Shown here: one piece after another, positions 43,729 through 58,700 of the stretch
Layout: each line of letters starts with the position of its first letter
Position numbering within the stretch: position 1 is the first letter of the stretch
Assembly: GCA_009103225.1 (NCBI GenBank)
Contig: RHPI01003124.1
Coordinates: forward strand, 62,001-126,000
From: Chlorokybus atmophyticus
Taxonomy: Eukaryota > Plantae > Mesostigma and Chlorokybus algae
Direction of reading: 5' to 3'
DNA: 64,000 bases
Made by a program: the position numbers and the translations under genes
Notes under the pieces: model-generated
Database searches by the model: none
The model's input: the letters and a program-made list of their open reading frames with translations, nothing else
What the model was told of the DNA's origin: nothing

Positions 43729-46700
43729 ATGCCGGAGGAGGCCGCTGCCGCCGCCTTGCGGCTGGCGGCCAAACCTTCAAGACCTGTGCAGCATCTACCC
43801 AGAGGTACGTGCAACAGTAGTCTGATCTTGTCGAGCATGTGTAAAAGATCTGATTCAGAAAGCATAGCGTAGACCGTGTAGGACACGCAATGCGAGTCAC
43901 TGAGCAGCAATCATGCTCTATCTGCATGCATCGGATTGTGTACCAAGTCACCTAGTCGGCAAGCGTATCAACTGGCAATCTTGACAGTGGAACAGGATAG
44001 GTCTTGTCAGTCATGCACGTGCGAGTGCGTGCCTGTGGATGCGCATGCGCATGTATCCGTGTGTGTGTGTGGAGGAATGTGTGTGGTTGTGTGTGTGTGT
44101 GGAGGTGGGGAGGAGGCGTGCGTGTATGTGTGTGGGCGTGCGCATGCGCGTGTTTAGGTGTGTGTGCGCGCGCATGTGCGCGCATGTGTTGCTTCAATCT
44201 CTCCAGGCAATGCTTCAAGCTACTCTTGTCTTGCATGCAAAGCAGTTCTGCTTTCCTTGTTGCCATGAGGCATGAATGAGTACCGCCTCTGTACGCAGTA
44301 CCACTGTTCTCCAGCGACAATGAAGACGTCTTGTTCACCCACAATGCCACCAGCAATTCAATTCAAGAGGTATACTTAGACGTGCACAATGCATGCACGT
44401 GCGCCACAATGTGTGTCACACAGCATGGAGTGATCATGGTCGTCTTGGCCGGTGCATGCAGGCCAACATGCGGTCGGCGCCCCTCGAACCGAAAGTCATG
44501 GTTCCGTACGATGTCCGCATCGGGGAAACACCCCGCAAAGTCCAGATTGAAAGGTGAGAGACAACATTTGCAGTTGTCATCATGTCCACGCGCACACGCA
44601 CACACAGGCGGGTAAGTACACATGCACGCGCACGTACACGTATGTACGTACATGCGCATGTGCTCCACACTTGCACGCCTACACGCACGAACAAGCACGT
44701 GCGCACGCGCGCATGCACGCGCAAGCTTGCACGTATGCCTGCACGCATACACAGGCACATGCACACATGCACCCACCCACCCACCCACCCACACGTACGC
44801 GCGCACACGCATTTAACCCCTCCCCCCCTCCTTCCCTCCCCTCAGGCGCAAGCGCCAGTTCGCCTCCCACGACCTCCTCGCCCTCCTCTCTTCCGCCGGC
44901 GTCGGTCGCCTCTCCTCCGGCTCCTCCGCCCTGACCGTCCCGCCCTCCCCTCTCGACCTCTGCATCTTCGACGACGACGACGCGTGGGAGACGCGCGCGG
45001 CATCGGAGTGGGGAGGGGAGGGGAGGAACCCGGCCAAAGGAGTGAAGAGGTAGGGTGGGTGGTGGGGGTGGGGTTGTTGTTGTTGTTGTTGGTGGTGGTG
45101 CTCAGTCGAGGAATGGTGTGTTGTCATGGATGTGCAGGTTTGCTAGTGGCAACCTGTTTTGTGAATGGAAGCATGGTCGTAGATGCACAACGCTGCGTCT
45201 GCGTCTGTCGTGTTGGTGATATTGTTGGTTGGGGTGGGGGTGGGGGGGGTGATGTGTGTGTTTGCGTGTAGGGATGGTACTGGAGTGGTTAGGTATGTGG
45301 ATTGCCATGTTGTGGGGGCGGACGTGCAGAAGAACACTTTTGAGGTGGAGTGGGACGCGACGGGGGAGCGACAGTGGCTACCGAGGTGAGTTGGTTTTTG
45401 TTGTGGTGGTTGTGGGTGTAGTGGTGTAAGGCTTATCTATGACGTCCCACATACAGGATTGACATCTGCTTTCAAGCTGAAGATCCTGTGCTGTATGTCA
45501 AGCGCGTGGCAGCAGCCTACGCCCTTCGCGCTCGCACGGAGTCGCTATTGGTATGCTTTGTCCGAGCGCATGAGAGGGCTCGTGAGGGGAAGGTGTGGTG
45601 TGTTGAACTGATGGACTGTGTATCAACTGCAGCGCTACAATCTGTATCTGGATTGCATGCCAACGGAGGATGTGAACATGCTGACGCCGGAGCAAGTGAA
45701 TCGACTTTTGGCATACACTCTGAACACAAAGGTTGTTTGTCATATGAAAATCCAAGCCTATGCTTGCACTTGCACACACGCATGTACACACAATCATTTT
45801 CACAAATGTACGCACGCACACATGCACGCACGCACACACCAACATCGACAACTGTCACAGTCACTGAAGGACAAGCAAGCGGATACGGCGCCTTTGCTGG
45901 CGGAGGTGAGGTTGGACTATGCGCGCACGATGAACAAGATCGCCTTCGATGGCACCATTGGCGTGGGCTCGCGCAACGGCAACAACAGCAAGCGCCGCCG
46001 TGTGATCGACCCGGAGATGCTTGTCGACCTCGGCAACGATGTGTTCCCGGAGGAGCCAATACGCCCCACACCAGAGTATGATACCTGTTGTAACACATGA
46101 CTGCGTGTGCAGACAAGAGTGTGTGAACACGTGACTGGCTCACACACGTGCGTGCGTACAGATGCGCTACAGTGAAGATGCCTGCTTATGACTTCACCGA
46201 GCAGCTCAGCGAGTTCTCTTTCCGCACCTTCCTGACCAAAAGCGAGGTGTTGGTAGCCCTGAACAAGGTGAACCTGTTGTCCTGTCGTGTTGTTGTTGTT
46301 GTTGTTGTGTCGTTGGCGCGCTCGCACGTGTGTATGTTGGAGTGCCGACACGTGGGTACATGTCTCAAGGTGCGGGTGGAGTGCCTCAAGGTCAGCAAGC
46401 AGTCCCTCCTCTCCACCTACCACACCAAGAGTCTCCGTCTCGAGGAGTTCGAGCAGACCCAGGCCCAGACCCAGGAGCAGGCCGCCAGCCACCTCAAGGA
46501 CAGCTGGGTCGTCATGCTGAAAAACAGCATACGCAACGCCTTCAAGGATGTCGGAAAGGGGTGGTTCAACCTGCATGAGAAGAACCTGGAGACGTACCAG
46601 GGGAGCAAAATGAAACGGTTCCTTACCATGGTGAGAAACAGAGACTTGACACGTGTGGGTGCGCGTGCGCGTGCGTGTGCGTGGGTGCGTGTGCATGCAT

Positions 46701-49700
46701 ATTCCTCGTGCATGCCGAAGAGGTTGACGACAATGCGTGACTGCACTCGACTATTGATATTTTCATACATCAAACCCAATGCGGTGATGCGTCAGGTCCG
46801 CTTCATGATGGAGGACGCCGTGCGCTACCTGCTCGAGGACAACCTGGCGCGGTACTGCGAGTTCCTCGAGCGGCAGTGCGGGCCCCCTCTGACCGTTGTC
46901 AGCACGAACGAGGTGGTGACCGCCACGGACGCCACCTCGTTCAAGGTTGGTGACGTGAAGTTCAAGTTCATGGGTAGTTTGAGTGCCAGCTTGTGTCTGA
47001 CTGAGAGTGGGAGGTGATACAAGCAGGTGAACAAGAAACCGCCGCTCTTTGCGCTTGAGCTTGTGGCGAAAGATGGCACGGGGTTCGCGTACAACACGCC
47101 GTTGAGCGCATTCGAACCCGCAGCGATCAAGGTGCGCTTGCAGTCTGGGATGCTGTTTGCCCAACTGTTTGAAGTGTGTGTGTGTGTCTCTCTGTGCGTT
47201 TGCGTGTGTGTGTGTGTCAAAATGGCAAGACTGATTGGTGACGTTGTAGGTGTATGACGCCGCCATCACCTCCTTGGGTGCCATCCCTCAGCTCGAGCCC
47301 CACGTCATGGAGGGCATATTCTTCTCCCTCGTACCCACCCTCAACGCCATGCACCTCCAAGAGGTACTATTGTAATAACACACACTTCCTCCACCTCCCC
47401 TGCACACACACACACACACACACTCGCACCCAACCCCAACCCCAACGCACACACGCAGCCGGAGGTGTGCACGCTGCGCGAGCGTCTCAGCGGCGCACTC
47501 CGCCGCTCCGTCGCGGACGCAGCGAGCTATCTGACCTGCTGGACTCCGCATGAGGAGCTGCTGAGGCTGGACCCGCAGGCGTACTTGCAGGTAGGTGTGT
47601 GTGTTGGGTGGATGAATGTGGGCTTTGGGGTGAGGGGTACAATGATGTTGTGTGGATAGGATGTTGAGGAGAGGATGCAGACGCTTGCGGAGAAGAAAGC
47701 TGAGATTGACAGGCTTAAGGGCGAATGGGCTACCCTGGACAAGAAGTAAGTGGTTTGTGGATGATGTTTGTATGTGTGTGAATGGAACAAGTGTGTTTGA
47801 TAGCTCGTTGATGGATGTGACATTGATGGCTGGCTTGTCTGTCTGTCCCCTCTCAGCTTGCCCGTGTCCATCGCCATCGGCCCTTTCCTCGTAAGCTGCA
47901 AGAAGGTCCGCGACACCCTCCTCCTGAAAAAGTCCAAGCTCGTCGAACTCGGTACGCGTGGTAATCACTCTCGCACCCGTTGGACACATACCCCAACACC
48001 ACCGCCCCACCCACGCAGTCATCGAGTCCCTCGCGCGCGCCCCCCGCCGCCTCTCCGCGGAGGTCCACAAGCGCGCGGACGACATGTCGCGCGCGCTGGG
48101 GGCGCGCACCAACACGCCCGAGGACGTCGCGGAACGGAGGAGGTACATCGACGGGATGGGGGGGAAGGTCGGGGAGATCGTGGAGCTGATCAATGAGGCG
48201 CAGGTGAGGGAGGGGGGGGAGTGTGTGTGTGTGTGCGTGCGTGCGTGCGTGTGGGTGAGATGACGTGGGTGTGCGGTGGTGAAAAGTGCAGTGTTTGCTG
48301 TGCACGTAGGGTATTCAGTGACTGGTTCACTCATGTGTACAACGATTTATGTGTGTGTACGTGCGCAGAATAACTTGTACGTACACGTGTTTGAGCATGC
48401 GTGCACATGTGTGCGCGAGCTGACACACACATGTGTACACACACGCGCGCACACCTACTCATGCACACGTTGATAGACGTGCGCACATCCACACTCATCC
48501 GCACGAGGGCAGAGAGTTATATGCGCATCATCCTAATCAAGCCTCTCCTCTCCTCTCCTCTCCCTCCAGGTCTACTACGACGCCCTCGACACCCTCTCCT
48601 ACCTCCTCCCCGAGGCGGACCTCCTGGCCCGTTGGGGCGCGCGCGCCTGGCCGGGCAAGCTCGAGAGAGCGGCTCGGCGGGCAACTCAGACCCTGGACGG
48701 GGATCAGGAGAGGTACACACACATACACACACACACACATGCGCACACGCACACGCACGCGCACGCACACGCACACGCACGCGCACGCACACGCACAGGC
48801 GCACGCGCACGCACGCATACACATACACACACAGGTACCGGACGGAGATGAGCGCGGCGCAGGAAGGGTTCGCGGCCGTCGTGGCGGGGATAGAAGGGGT
48901 CGTCAGCGGGTTCGGACAGTATGGAGATTTGGCGCAGGTAACGGGGAGGGATATGTGTGCGACTGTGAATGTCCGCGTGCATGTGCATATCCATACGCAT
49001 TTGACACATGAAACATGGGACGCACATGTGTGCTTGTATGTGATGACCCGCCTGTATGTTTGCATGCGCGTGTACATACACATACACATACACATACACA
49101 TACACGTACATGTACACGTACACATACGCGTACGCGTACACGTACACGTACACGTACGCGTACACGTAACCTTGCTTGCGTGTGCTGACCTGCATGTACG
49201 TGTACGTGCGTGCGCAGGTGGACTTCGTGGCGTCGCAGGTCACGACTATATCCGAGCAGCTGGCGAAGGCCGAAGAGGACTCGCGTCTGTTCAACTCGCG
49301 CGAGGCGCTGTTTGGACTCCCGCCCACAGACTACTCGAACGTGCGCCGACTTATCGAACAGTTCGACCCCTTCGCACAGGTAGAGAACACAATCGCAACA
49401 GGAAAAACAACCACAACTCACCCAGCTGGTGTTGTAGTCGATGACATGTTGGGTTCAACAAGCAACACGCACACACGCATCGCTTGCCGTTCGACTGATT
49501 TGTCGGCTGTGTGTGTAGTTGTGGCAAACAGCGGCGAGCTGGGCCAAGTGGCAGACTTCCTGGTTCAAAGACCCGTTCTCTAGCCTCAATCCCGACGCCA
49601 TCGAGAAGAGCGTGGCGGCCTCGTGGAAGGCCATGTACAAGGTGGGTGAAGAAACGTGTGTTTGGTTGTGTTGTGTGTGGTGCGTGCGTGGAGTGTCAAT

Positions 49701-52700
49701 GTCAGTGCGGTGGTGGGGATGGAGAGGTGAGTTGAATGGGTGGTGTTGGTGTGTGCGGCAGGTGTCGAAGATATTTGCGCAGAAGGAGTTGGAAGCCTGC
49801 GCGAAGAACTGCGAGACCGTCCGGCTGCAGGTTGGTAGATGAGTTGACAAAGTGATCTGCCCGAGCGCTCGGTTCATATTCGTGTCAGCACTGATGGACA
49901 CGTGACTGTTGAGCAACATATGATGAGCAACACTTGTTGTTGCGATGACAGCTGGAACAGTTCAAGCCGAACGTGCCGCTGATCCTCGCGCTGCGCAACC
50001 CTGGCATGCGCGACCGCCACTGGAAGGTATCAATGTGCATGTGTGTGTGCATGCGCGCGTGCGTGCGTGCGTGTGTGTTGCCTTTGCCATTCTTACCTAA
50101 GTGGCAAAGGTTTCAACTCTGAGACCGTGTACGAGTGTGCCTTGCTACAAATCTCGTCTTCCTCAGGTCCTTAGCGAGCAGTTGGGTATCGATCTCCAGC
50201 CCGACGACAAATCCTTCACTCTCTCCAAGGCGCTGGAGATGGGCCTGCTGAGTCACCTGGACACCATCACGCGTGTCTGCGACAACGCCGGCAAGGAGTA
50301 CGCCATCGAGCAGGCGCTGGACAAGATGGAGAACGAGTGGAAGAGCGTGGAGATCACGGTGATGGACTACCGCGAGTCGGGAACATACGTGATCAAGGTG
50401 AGTCGATGAGTTGCTCTGCGTGGTGTACGTGTGCTCGCGTGTGCAATTGTTTGCCGACGCGCATGTGCGTTGTGTGTGTGCGTGCGTGCGTGCGTGCATA
50501 TGAGAGCGTGTGTACGCATCTGTGCGTGCGCTTGTGTGAGCTTTCACGTGCACATGCGTGTGTGTGTGCTACTCGACTAATGCAACTCGATCAAGATCTC
50601 AGAGGGACAGTAGCAAAATGTTACTCTCATGCAGGTTGACGAGGCCGTGGCCCAGCAGCTCGACGACCACCTCGTCCTCACCCAGTCCCTCGGTTTCTCC
50701 CCCTACAAGAAGCCTTTCGCGGAGCGCATCGAGAAGTGGGAGTCGACGCTGGCGCTGTGCTCGGAGATATTGGAGCAGTGGCTCGCGCTCCAGAGGGCGT
50801 GGATGTACCTGGAGCCGATATTCGGCAGCCCGGACATACAGCACCAGCTGCCGGTGGAGGGAAAGAGGTTCGCGACGGTGGATAGGATATGGAGAAAAGC
50901 ACTGGCACAGGTAAGCAACTGCACGCACGTTTGTGCACACGTACGTAGTGCAGGCGCACAGGGTCAAGCGCGCGCACACGTCCCAGCACGCGCACGCACA
51001 CATGCGCGCGCATGCATTGCATCACGGAGACCCATCACATACGCACATGCCCACCGGACACACAACACACGTGCATGCAACTTCGTGTGTGACCCTTTCT
51101 TCCCATTGACTCTACTTCTCATCACCCCCAGGCCAAGAGCCAGCCCCACCTCCTGACGGCCTGCGGCTCCCGCAAGCTGCTCGACTCCTTCTCCGAGTGC
51201 AACCGTTCCCTCGAGACCGTCCAGAAGGGTCTGGCGGACTACCTGGAGACCAAGCGCGTCGCGTTCTCCCGCTTCTTCTTCCTGTCCAACGACGAGCTGC
51301 TGCAGATACTGTCACAGACCAAGAACCCGATGGCCGTGCAGCCGCATCTACGAAAGTGCTTCGAGGCGATCGCGGATCTGGACTTTAATCAACCGGACTT
51401 GCTTATCACGGCGATGAACTCTGCCGAACGAGAAAAGGTGTGCGCATGTGCGTGTGCACGTGTAGGCATGCCTTTGCACGCGGACACATGTGCGTGCGTT
51501 CTTGCGTATGCGCGCGCGCGCGCGCGTGCATGAGCGTGTGTGTGTGCATGCGTGTGTGCGTGTTGTGCAAGACGCAAACTTACCCCCATGCACTGTGCGC
51601 AGGTGCCCTTCGACAAGCCTATGTACCCGAAAGGCAGCGTGGAGTGTTGGCTCGGCGAGGTCGAAACAACAATGCGCCACAGCGTGCGCGCACAGATCGA
51701 GCTGGTAACCACACCTTACGCCTCAACACAGCACCCATCTAAACGACCTGTGTTTCATCCCTCTCTCCTCTCTCTCTCAGGCTCTCAAGGACTACGTGGT
51801 CAAGGAGCGCCCCGCCTGGGTCCAGTCCTGGCCCGCGATGGCGGTGCTGGCGGTGGGCCAGACCTACTGGACGCGCGAGGTCGAGGGGGCCATACGGGCG
51901 GGGGAGCTGAGGAAGTATTTGGAGGAGACGCTCGCGAAACAACTGTACGACCTCACGGACCTGGTAAGTGTATGTGTGTGTCTCTGCATGTGTTTCGCTC
52001 TGTCTCTCATCTTCCTCTGCTCTCTTAGGTCAGAGGCAATTTGACCACCTTGGCGCGGTTGACCCTCGGCGCGTTGATCGTCATCGACGTCCACGCCCGG
52101 GACGTGGTGGCCAAGATGGTCGACGAGGGGGTGAAGGCGGTGACGGACTTCGAGTGGGTCAGCCAGCTCCGCTACTACTGGGAGGACGACGAGGTCGCAG
52201 TCAAGATGGTGCAGGCGTCACTCGCATACGGCTACGAGTACCTTGGGAACACTGCTCGGTGAGAGAGAGTACGCGTGTGTGTTTGCGTGCATGCACGTGT
52301 GCGTGTGCGTGTCACAGTCCTCCGACAGGGTCTGCCTGCTGTTATCTGATTGAAGACCGAAGACCAACCTCACATTGATATGCACCAGGCTGGTTATCAC
52401 GCCGCTAACGGACCGCTGCTACATGACTCTGATGGGAGCTTTGCATCTGAACCTCGGTGGCGCACCCGCTGGCCCCGCAGGAACGGGCAAAACAGAGGTG
52501 GGTGTGTCGGTTATTGCGGTATCGAGTTGAGTTACAGCAAGACTGACTGTGTATGTCTTTGTGAAACACAGACCACAAAGGATCTGGCCAAGGCCATGGC
52601 AAAGCAGTGCGTGGTGTTCAACTGCTCGGACGGGCTGGACTACCTCGCGATGGGCAAGTTCTTCAAGGGATTGGCTTCGAGCGGAGCGTGGGCGTGCTTT

Positions 52701-55700
52701 GATGAGTTCAACCGAATAGACCTGGAGGTAACTGCTGTCAAGTGGCCAAGGTCGAGTCTGATCCTGGTCACAAACACCCACGCACCCGCGCGCACGCACG
52801 CACGCGTGTGCACATGCACTCTGGCACACACGTGCGCGCGCGCGTGCACACGCATTCACCCTCCCTCCCTCCCTCTCTTCCTCCTCCAGGTCCTCTCCGT
52901 GGTCGCCCAGCAGATCCTCACGATCCAGCTCGCCATCCAGTCCAAGCTCAAGCGTTTCCTCTTCGAGGACAGCGAGATCGCGCTCGACCCCTCCTGCAGC
53001 GTCTACATCACGATGAACCCCGGGTACGCCGGACGCAGCGAGCTGCCGGATAACCTCAAGGCGCTGTTCAGACCGTGCGCCATGATGGTGCCGGACTATG
53101 CGCTGATTGGGGAGATATCGCTGTACTCGTTCGGGTTCAAGGTGAGGGGATGGGGGGGAGTGCTGGCGTTGGGAGATGCGTTTACACATAACACAACACG
53201 CATATGCATGCATGCGCGTGCGCACGCCCGCGCACACACACGCAACCAACTTTGCTCTACCACAGGATGCCAAGAACCTCGCGCGCAAGATGGTTGCCAC
53301 CTTCAAGCTGTGCTCAGAGCAGCTCTCGTCTCAGGTGCATGTCACTGACTGCTTTTATCCTTGAACCTGTCCTTGCACACGCGCACACATACACACTTGC
53401 CAAAGCTTATCAACATACACATACACTTGCGCACACACAGGACCACTACGACTATGGCATGCGCGCTGTCAAGTCCGTCATCACCGCCGCAGGCAACCTC
53501 AAGAGGGACTTCCCAGGTAGGTTTTCGCAGTCGCCAGCAAGCAGCTGACTACTCTACAAAAGGCGAACCTGCCCACATGTTGATGGCATCATCCTGAGTG
53601 ACGTGGTTGTTACTGCAGAGGAGAACGAGGACGTGCTGCTTCTCCGCGGCCTCCGCGACATCAACGTCCCCAAGTTCCTGTCGCACGACCTCCCACTCTT
53701 CAGCGGCATCATATCAGACCTGTTCCCCGGTAAGTGCACCACGACAGATTGTGTTGTGTTGTATCTGAGAGTGTTGGCACACACTCTCAGATACAAAAGC
53801 ATGCGCACACATGCGCATGGACGCTTGCGCACGCACGCACGCACGCATACATACGTAATGTGTGAATGCGCACCCCACGTATATGAGCAAGAGGGTGCGT
53901 GCACTTACGCGCACGCTTTCTCGCACGTAAACGTGGGTGGGCATGCACACACGCATGTGTGTGTGTGTGTGCATGTATATGTGCGAGACAGTGCGCGCAC
54001 GCACGCACTCACTCTCGCACACGTGGACGCACGTGCTCGTGCGCATGCATACACATCCTCACCAAATACAACGGCTTAGGCGTGGCTCCCCCCACCGTCG
54101 ACTACGCCGACCTCCTCCGGTGCCTCTCCGACTCCTGTTCCGAGCTCGGCATCCAGCCCGTGGACGCGTTCGTCACGAAAGTCATCCAGCTCTACGAGAC
54201 GACGCTCGTGAGGCACGGACTCATGCTCGTGGGACCCACGGGGGGAGGGAAGACGATGTGTTACAGGAGCCTGGCCAAGACCATGAACAAGTGAGGGGGG
54301 GGGGGGGGGNNNNNNNNNNNNNNNNNNNNNNNNNNNNNNNNNNNNNNNNNNNNNNNNNNNNNNNNNNNNNNNNNNNNNNNNNNNNNNNNNNNNNNNNNNN
54401 NNNNNNNNNNNNNNNNNNNNNNNNNNNNNNNNNNNNNNNNNNNNNNNNNNNNNNNNNNNNNNNNNNNNNNNNNNNNNNNNNNNNNNNNNNGGGGGGGGGG
54501 GGGGGGGGGGGGGGAAGGGATAGGTTGGAGTATGGGGTTGAACTGTTTGGAGATTCACCCTTGCTGATGTTGTTTGTTATGTTGTGCGATGAAAAGCTCG
54601 ACCCGTGCGATCATCTAGTCAACTCTGTGTTTAACATGTGCTTTCCGTGCGTGCAGGTTGAAGGGTACGAAGGCTTTTCAGCGTGCGCGGATAGTGTGTC
54701 TCAACCCAAAGTCCATCACAATGGGCCAGGTTGGTCAGTGCGGATTGTGCACACATGTACACTGACGCACACGCACGCGTATATATGCACACACACGCAC
54801 GCGCACATGCGCGCAGGCACCAACACACACGCCCGCGCGCACGCATGCGCAAACTAACACAGTCAAACCCCATCTTCATGAACTCACGCGTACATGCTGC
54901 AGTTGTACGGCGAGTTTGACGAGAGCACCCACGAGTGGACGGACGGCGTCCTTGCCTGCCACATGCGCGAGTGCGCCGAGGATGACAAGCCCGACAAGAA
55001 GTGGATCATGTTCGACGGGCCCGTGGACGCCATCTGGATCGAGAACATGAACACCGTCCTCGATGACAACAAGAAGCTGTGCCTCGTCAGTGGAGAGATC
55101 ATACAGCTGTCGAACACGATGACGATGATGTTTGAAGTGGAGGACCTGGCGGGTATGTACGCTAACACACACGTGTACACGCACACACATGCGCATGTAC
55201 GCGCACATGTGTGTTTACGGGCATGTGCAGATGGGTGCATATGCGCGCACGCATGCATGTGTGTGTGTGGTGGGGCGCACACACACACACACACACACAC
55301 ACTTATGCCTCCGTGTGTATCCTTCCAACCACATCTCTTTGCCTCTCTCAGTTGCTTCCCCCGCCACCGTCTCGCGCTGCGGCATGGTGTACATGGAGCC
55401 CGGCGCCCTCGGCACCAAGTCCCTGCTGGACTCGTGGCTCCAACGCCTGCCGGCAGCCATCAAACCACACGTAAGACACTCCACAAGTCATGCACACGCA
55501 TGTGCGCGTGCGCGTGCGCATACACATCATCAAGTCGTGTCACATGTGTGCAGGGGGAGTTGTTGTCCCAACTCTTCACGTCGCTAGTCCCCGACTCCCT
55601 ATACTACATCCGCCGCTCCCTCCGCGAGACCGTCGCCACCACCGACAACAACCTCATCCTCTCCCTCTTCAACGTGATGGACTCCCTCCTTTCCTCCCCC

Positions 55701-58700
55701 AACAACAACAACAACAACGCCGACAACAACAACGAGGACCGCACGGCCAACCTCCCACTCCTCCTCCCTCCCCTGTTCCTCTTCGCCCTCGCGTGGTCGC
55801 TGGGAGCCGCGTTGGATAGGAACAGCAGGACCAAGTTTGATGCGTTCGTGAGGGAGAGGTGCCGCATGGCGGATGGAGTGGTCAACATTGGGCTGCCGGC
55901 TATTGAGAAGACGGTGTATGAGTGGTGCTACGATGCGGACAAGATGGAGGTGAGTGGTAGTTGTATCAGTTATGTTGGTAACGATGGTGATACGCAGTGT
56001 TGTCGCTGATACATGTGTGTACGTGCGTGTGCAGTGGGTGGAGTGGATGCAGACTGTGCCCGAGTTCCGCGTCAACCCGGACAAGCCCTTCGCCGAGATC
56101 ATCGTCCCTACCGCCGACACCGTCCGCTACACTTACATCATCGACAAGCTCCTCCGCAGCGGCAAACACGTCCTGTGCGTCGGCGAGACCGGTACGAGTG
56201 TTGGGTCCGATACAACATACCCACATTGACACAACAACCCAACGTGTGATGTTTCACACAGGTACCGGCAAGACCCTGAACATCTCCGACAAGTTGATGA
56301 ACCACATGGACGACGACTACGTGCCTCTTTTCCTCACGTTCTCGGCGCGCACGTCGGCGAACCAGACGCAGGACTTGATCGACAGCAAGATGGAGAAGAG
56401 GAGGAAGGGCGTGTATGGGCCGCCGTCGGGGAAGAGATTCGTTATATTGGTGGATGATATGAACATGCCGCAGAGAGAGAAGTACTTTGCGCAGCCGCCA
56501 ATTGAGATACTGAGACAGTGGATGGATCACCAGGTGAGCGCATCTGCATGGATGATAGAGTCACGATTGCGTGGATGCGTGCGTGCGTGCGTGCGTGCGT
56601 CAGTGTGTGCGTGAGAGCATCAGTGCATGCGCTTGTGCGCGCGCACGTACATGTGTGCGTGCGTGCATGCATGTACGTGTGTGTTTATTATGCATGCATG
56701 CGCGTACGCGTGGGCGTGGGCGCACGCGGTTGCAATTGGGTTTGCCCAACTTCCTATGTGTCTAACTCCACTCTCCACTCTCCAGGGCTGGTATGAGCGG
56801 AAGCCTCCCTGCGCGTTCCGCCAGATCGTTGACGTGCAGTTCATCGGTTGCATGGGCCCCCCCGGAGGCGGCCGCAACCCCGTCACGAACAGGTTCCTGA
56901 GGCACTTCAACTTCCTGTCCTTCACGGAGATGTCGGACGAGAGCGTGCTGCGTATCTTCTCGACGATCTTGGGGGCCACTCTGTCGCAGAAGTTCTCACC
57001 GGACATGCAGGCAAGAGAGGCCTGAAGTGGACCATGCATGCATAGGCATGCACACACGTACAACTGCACACGCACATGCATGTGTATCGTGTGAGTGTCG
57101 GACTCGTTTCAACCTTTGTCTTTTACACAGGATCTGAGGGACCCCATTGTTGCCGGCACCATCATGGTGTACAACGCCATCCGGGCCGAGCTGCTGCCCA
57201 CGCCCTCGCGCTCGCACTACACGTTCAACCTGCGCGACCTGGCAAAGGTGACCTCGCCTTGATTTGCAGCTCCGATTGTCGTTGATTCAATATTGATACA
57301 TTTATAATAGCTCCCTCGCCCATACAGGTAGTTCAAGGCGTTCTGCGCGCGGACCCCCAACGTGTGCAGGGACCGAAAGACATGCTCTGCCTTTGGCTTC
57401 ACGAAGCTACACGCGTGTTCCAGGTTAGTTTGCTGCAAATTACGCAATGCAGACATAGATAGCTTTGGCACCTGGTCATCATGCATGTGTCGCATGAGCA
57501 GGATCGTCTGGTGAACGAGGAGGACCGCGACTGGTTCAAACGGTGCCTGACAGAGCAGCTCAGCCGGCAGTGCGGGCTCGAGTGGGACGAGGTCGTCACC
57601 ACGGAACGACTGCTGTACGGAGACTTCCTCCAGCCTGGAGCCGACCCAAGAATTTACCAACAGGTCAGTGATGCACAAGCGCACACCTGCAAGCACACAC
57701 AGACACACAAATGCGCACGCACACATGCATGCACATGCGCGTGCGCACCCACACCTATGCCTACGCCTACGCGCACGCGCACACGCATGCATACACGCAC
57801 TGACTTACACCGACACACGTACACATCCATGGCGCACGCACGCGCACATGCACCCACCCATTCCCCCTCTGTAGGTCACTGACATGGACTCCCTCGTCCG
57901 CACCGTCCAAGAGTACCTCGACGACTACAACTCCGTCTCCAACGCTCCCATGCGTCTCGTCCTCTTCCTGGACGCCATCGAGCACGTCGCCCGCGTCTGC
58001 CGGGTCATCCGTCTCCCCCTCGGCAACGCCCTCCTCCTCGGCGTGGGCGGCAGCGGGAGACAATCGCTCACCAAACTGGCCACCTATATGGAAGAGTTCG
58101 AGCTGTTCCAGATAGAGATAGCCAAAGGGTATGGAGCCAGCGAGTGGAGGGAAGATCTGAAGAGGGTGCTGAAGATGGCCGGGGTGGAAGGGAAGAGCGC
58201 GGTGTTCCTGTTCTCGGATACGCAGATTGTGAGGGAGAGCTTCTTGGAAGACATGAACAACATACTCAACTCCGGAGAGGTGAGAAGGGATGAGCTAGTA
58301 ATCAGGAATGGACTCGGTCAGAAATGAAACGCATCCACGCAAATGCACACGCACACGCACACACTCACACGCACCCGGGTGTGTTACCGTTGAAAGCACG
58401 TGTTAAGGGGTGGCAATGTGGTCATGTGGTATTGTGGTAATGTGCATACAATGTGCATCACTTTGGGTTGTAACACATATCTCTTGCAGGTCCCCAACCT
58501 CTGGGGTTCCGACGACCTCGAATCCATCACTTCCGCCATGCGTCCCATCCTCGCCTCCTCCGGTTACACGGGTCCAATCACCAAGATGTCCCTGTACGCC
58601 GCGTTCGTGGCGCGCGTCCGCTCCAACCTCCACGTCGTCCTCTGCATGTCGCCCGTCGGGGACGCCTTCAGGACGAGGTTGAGGATGTTCCCTGCGCTGG

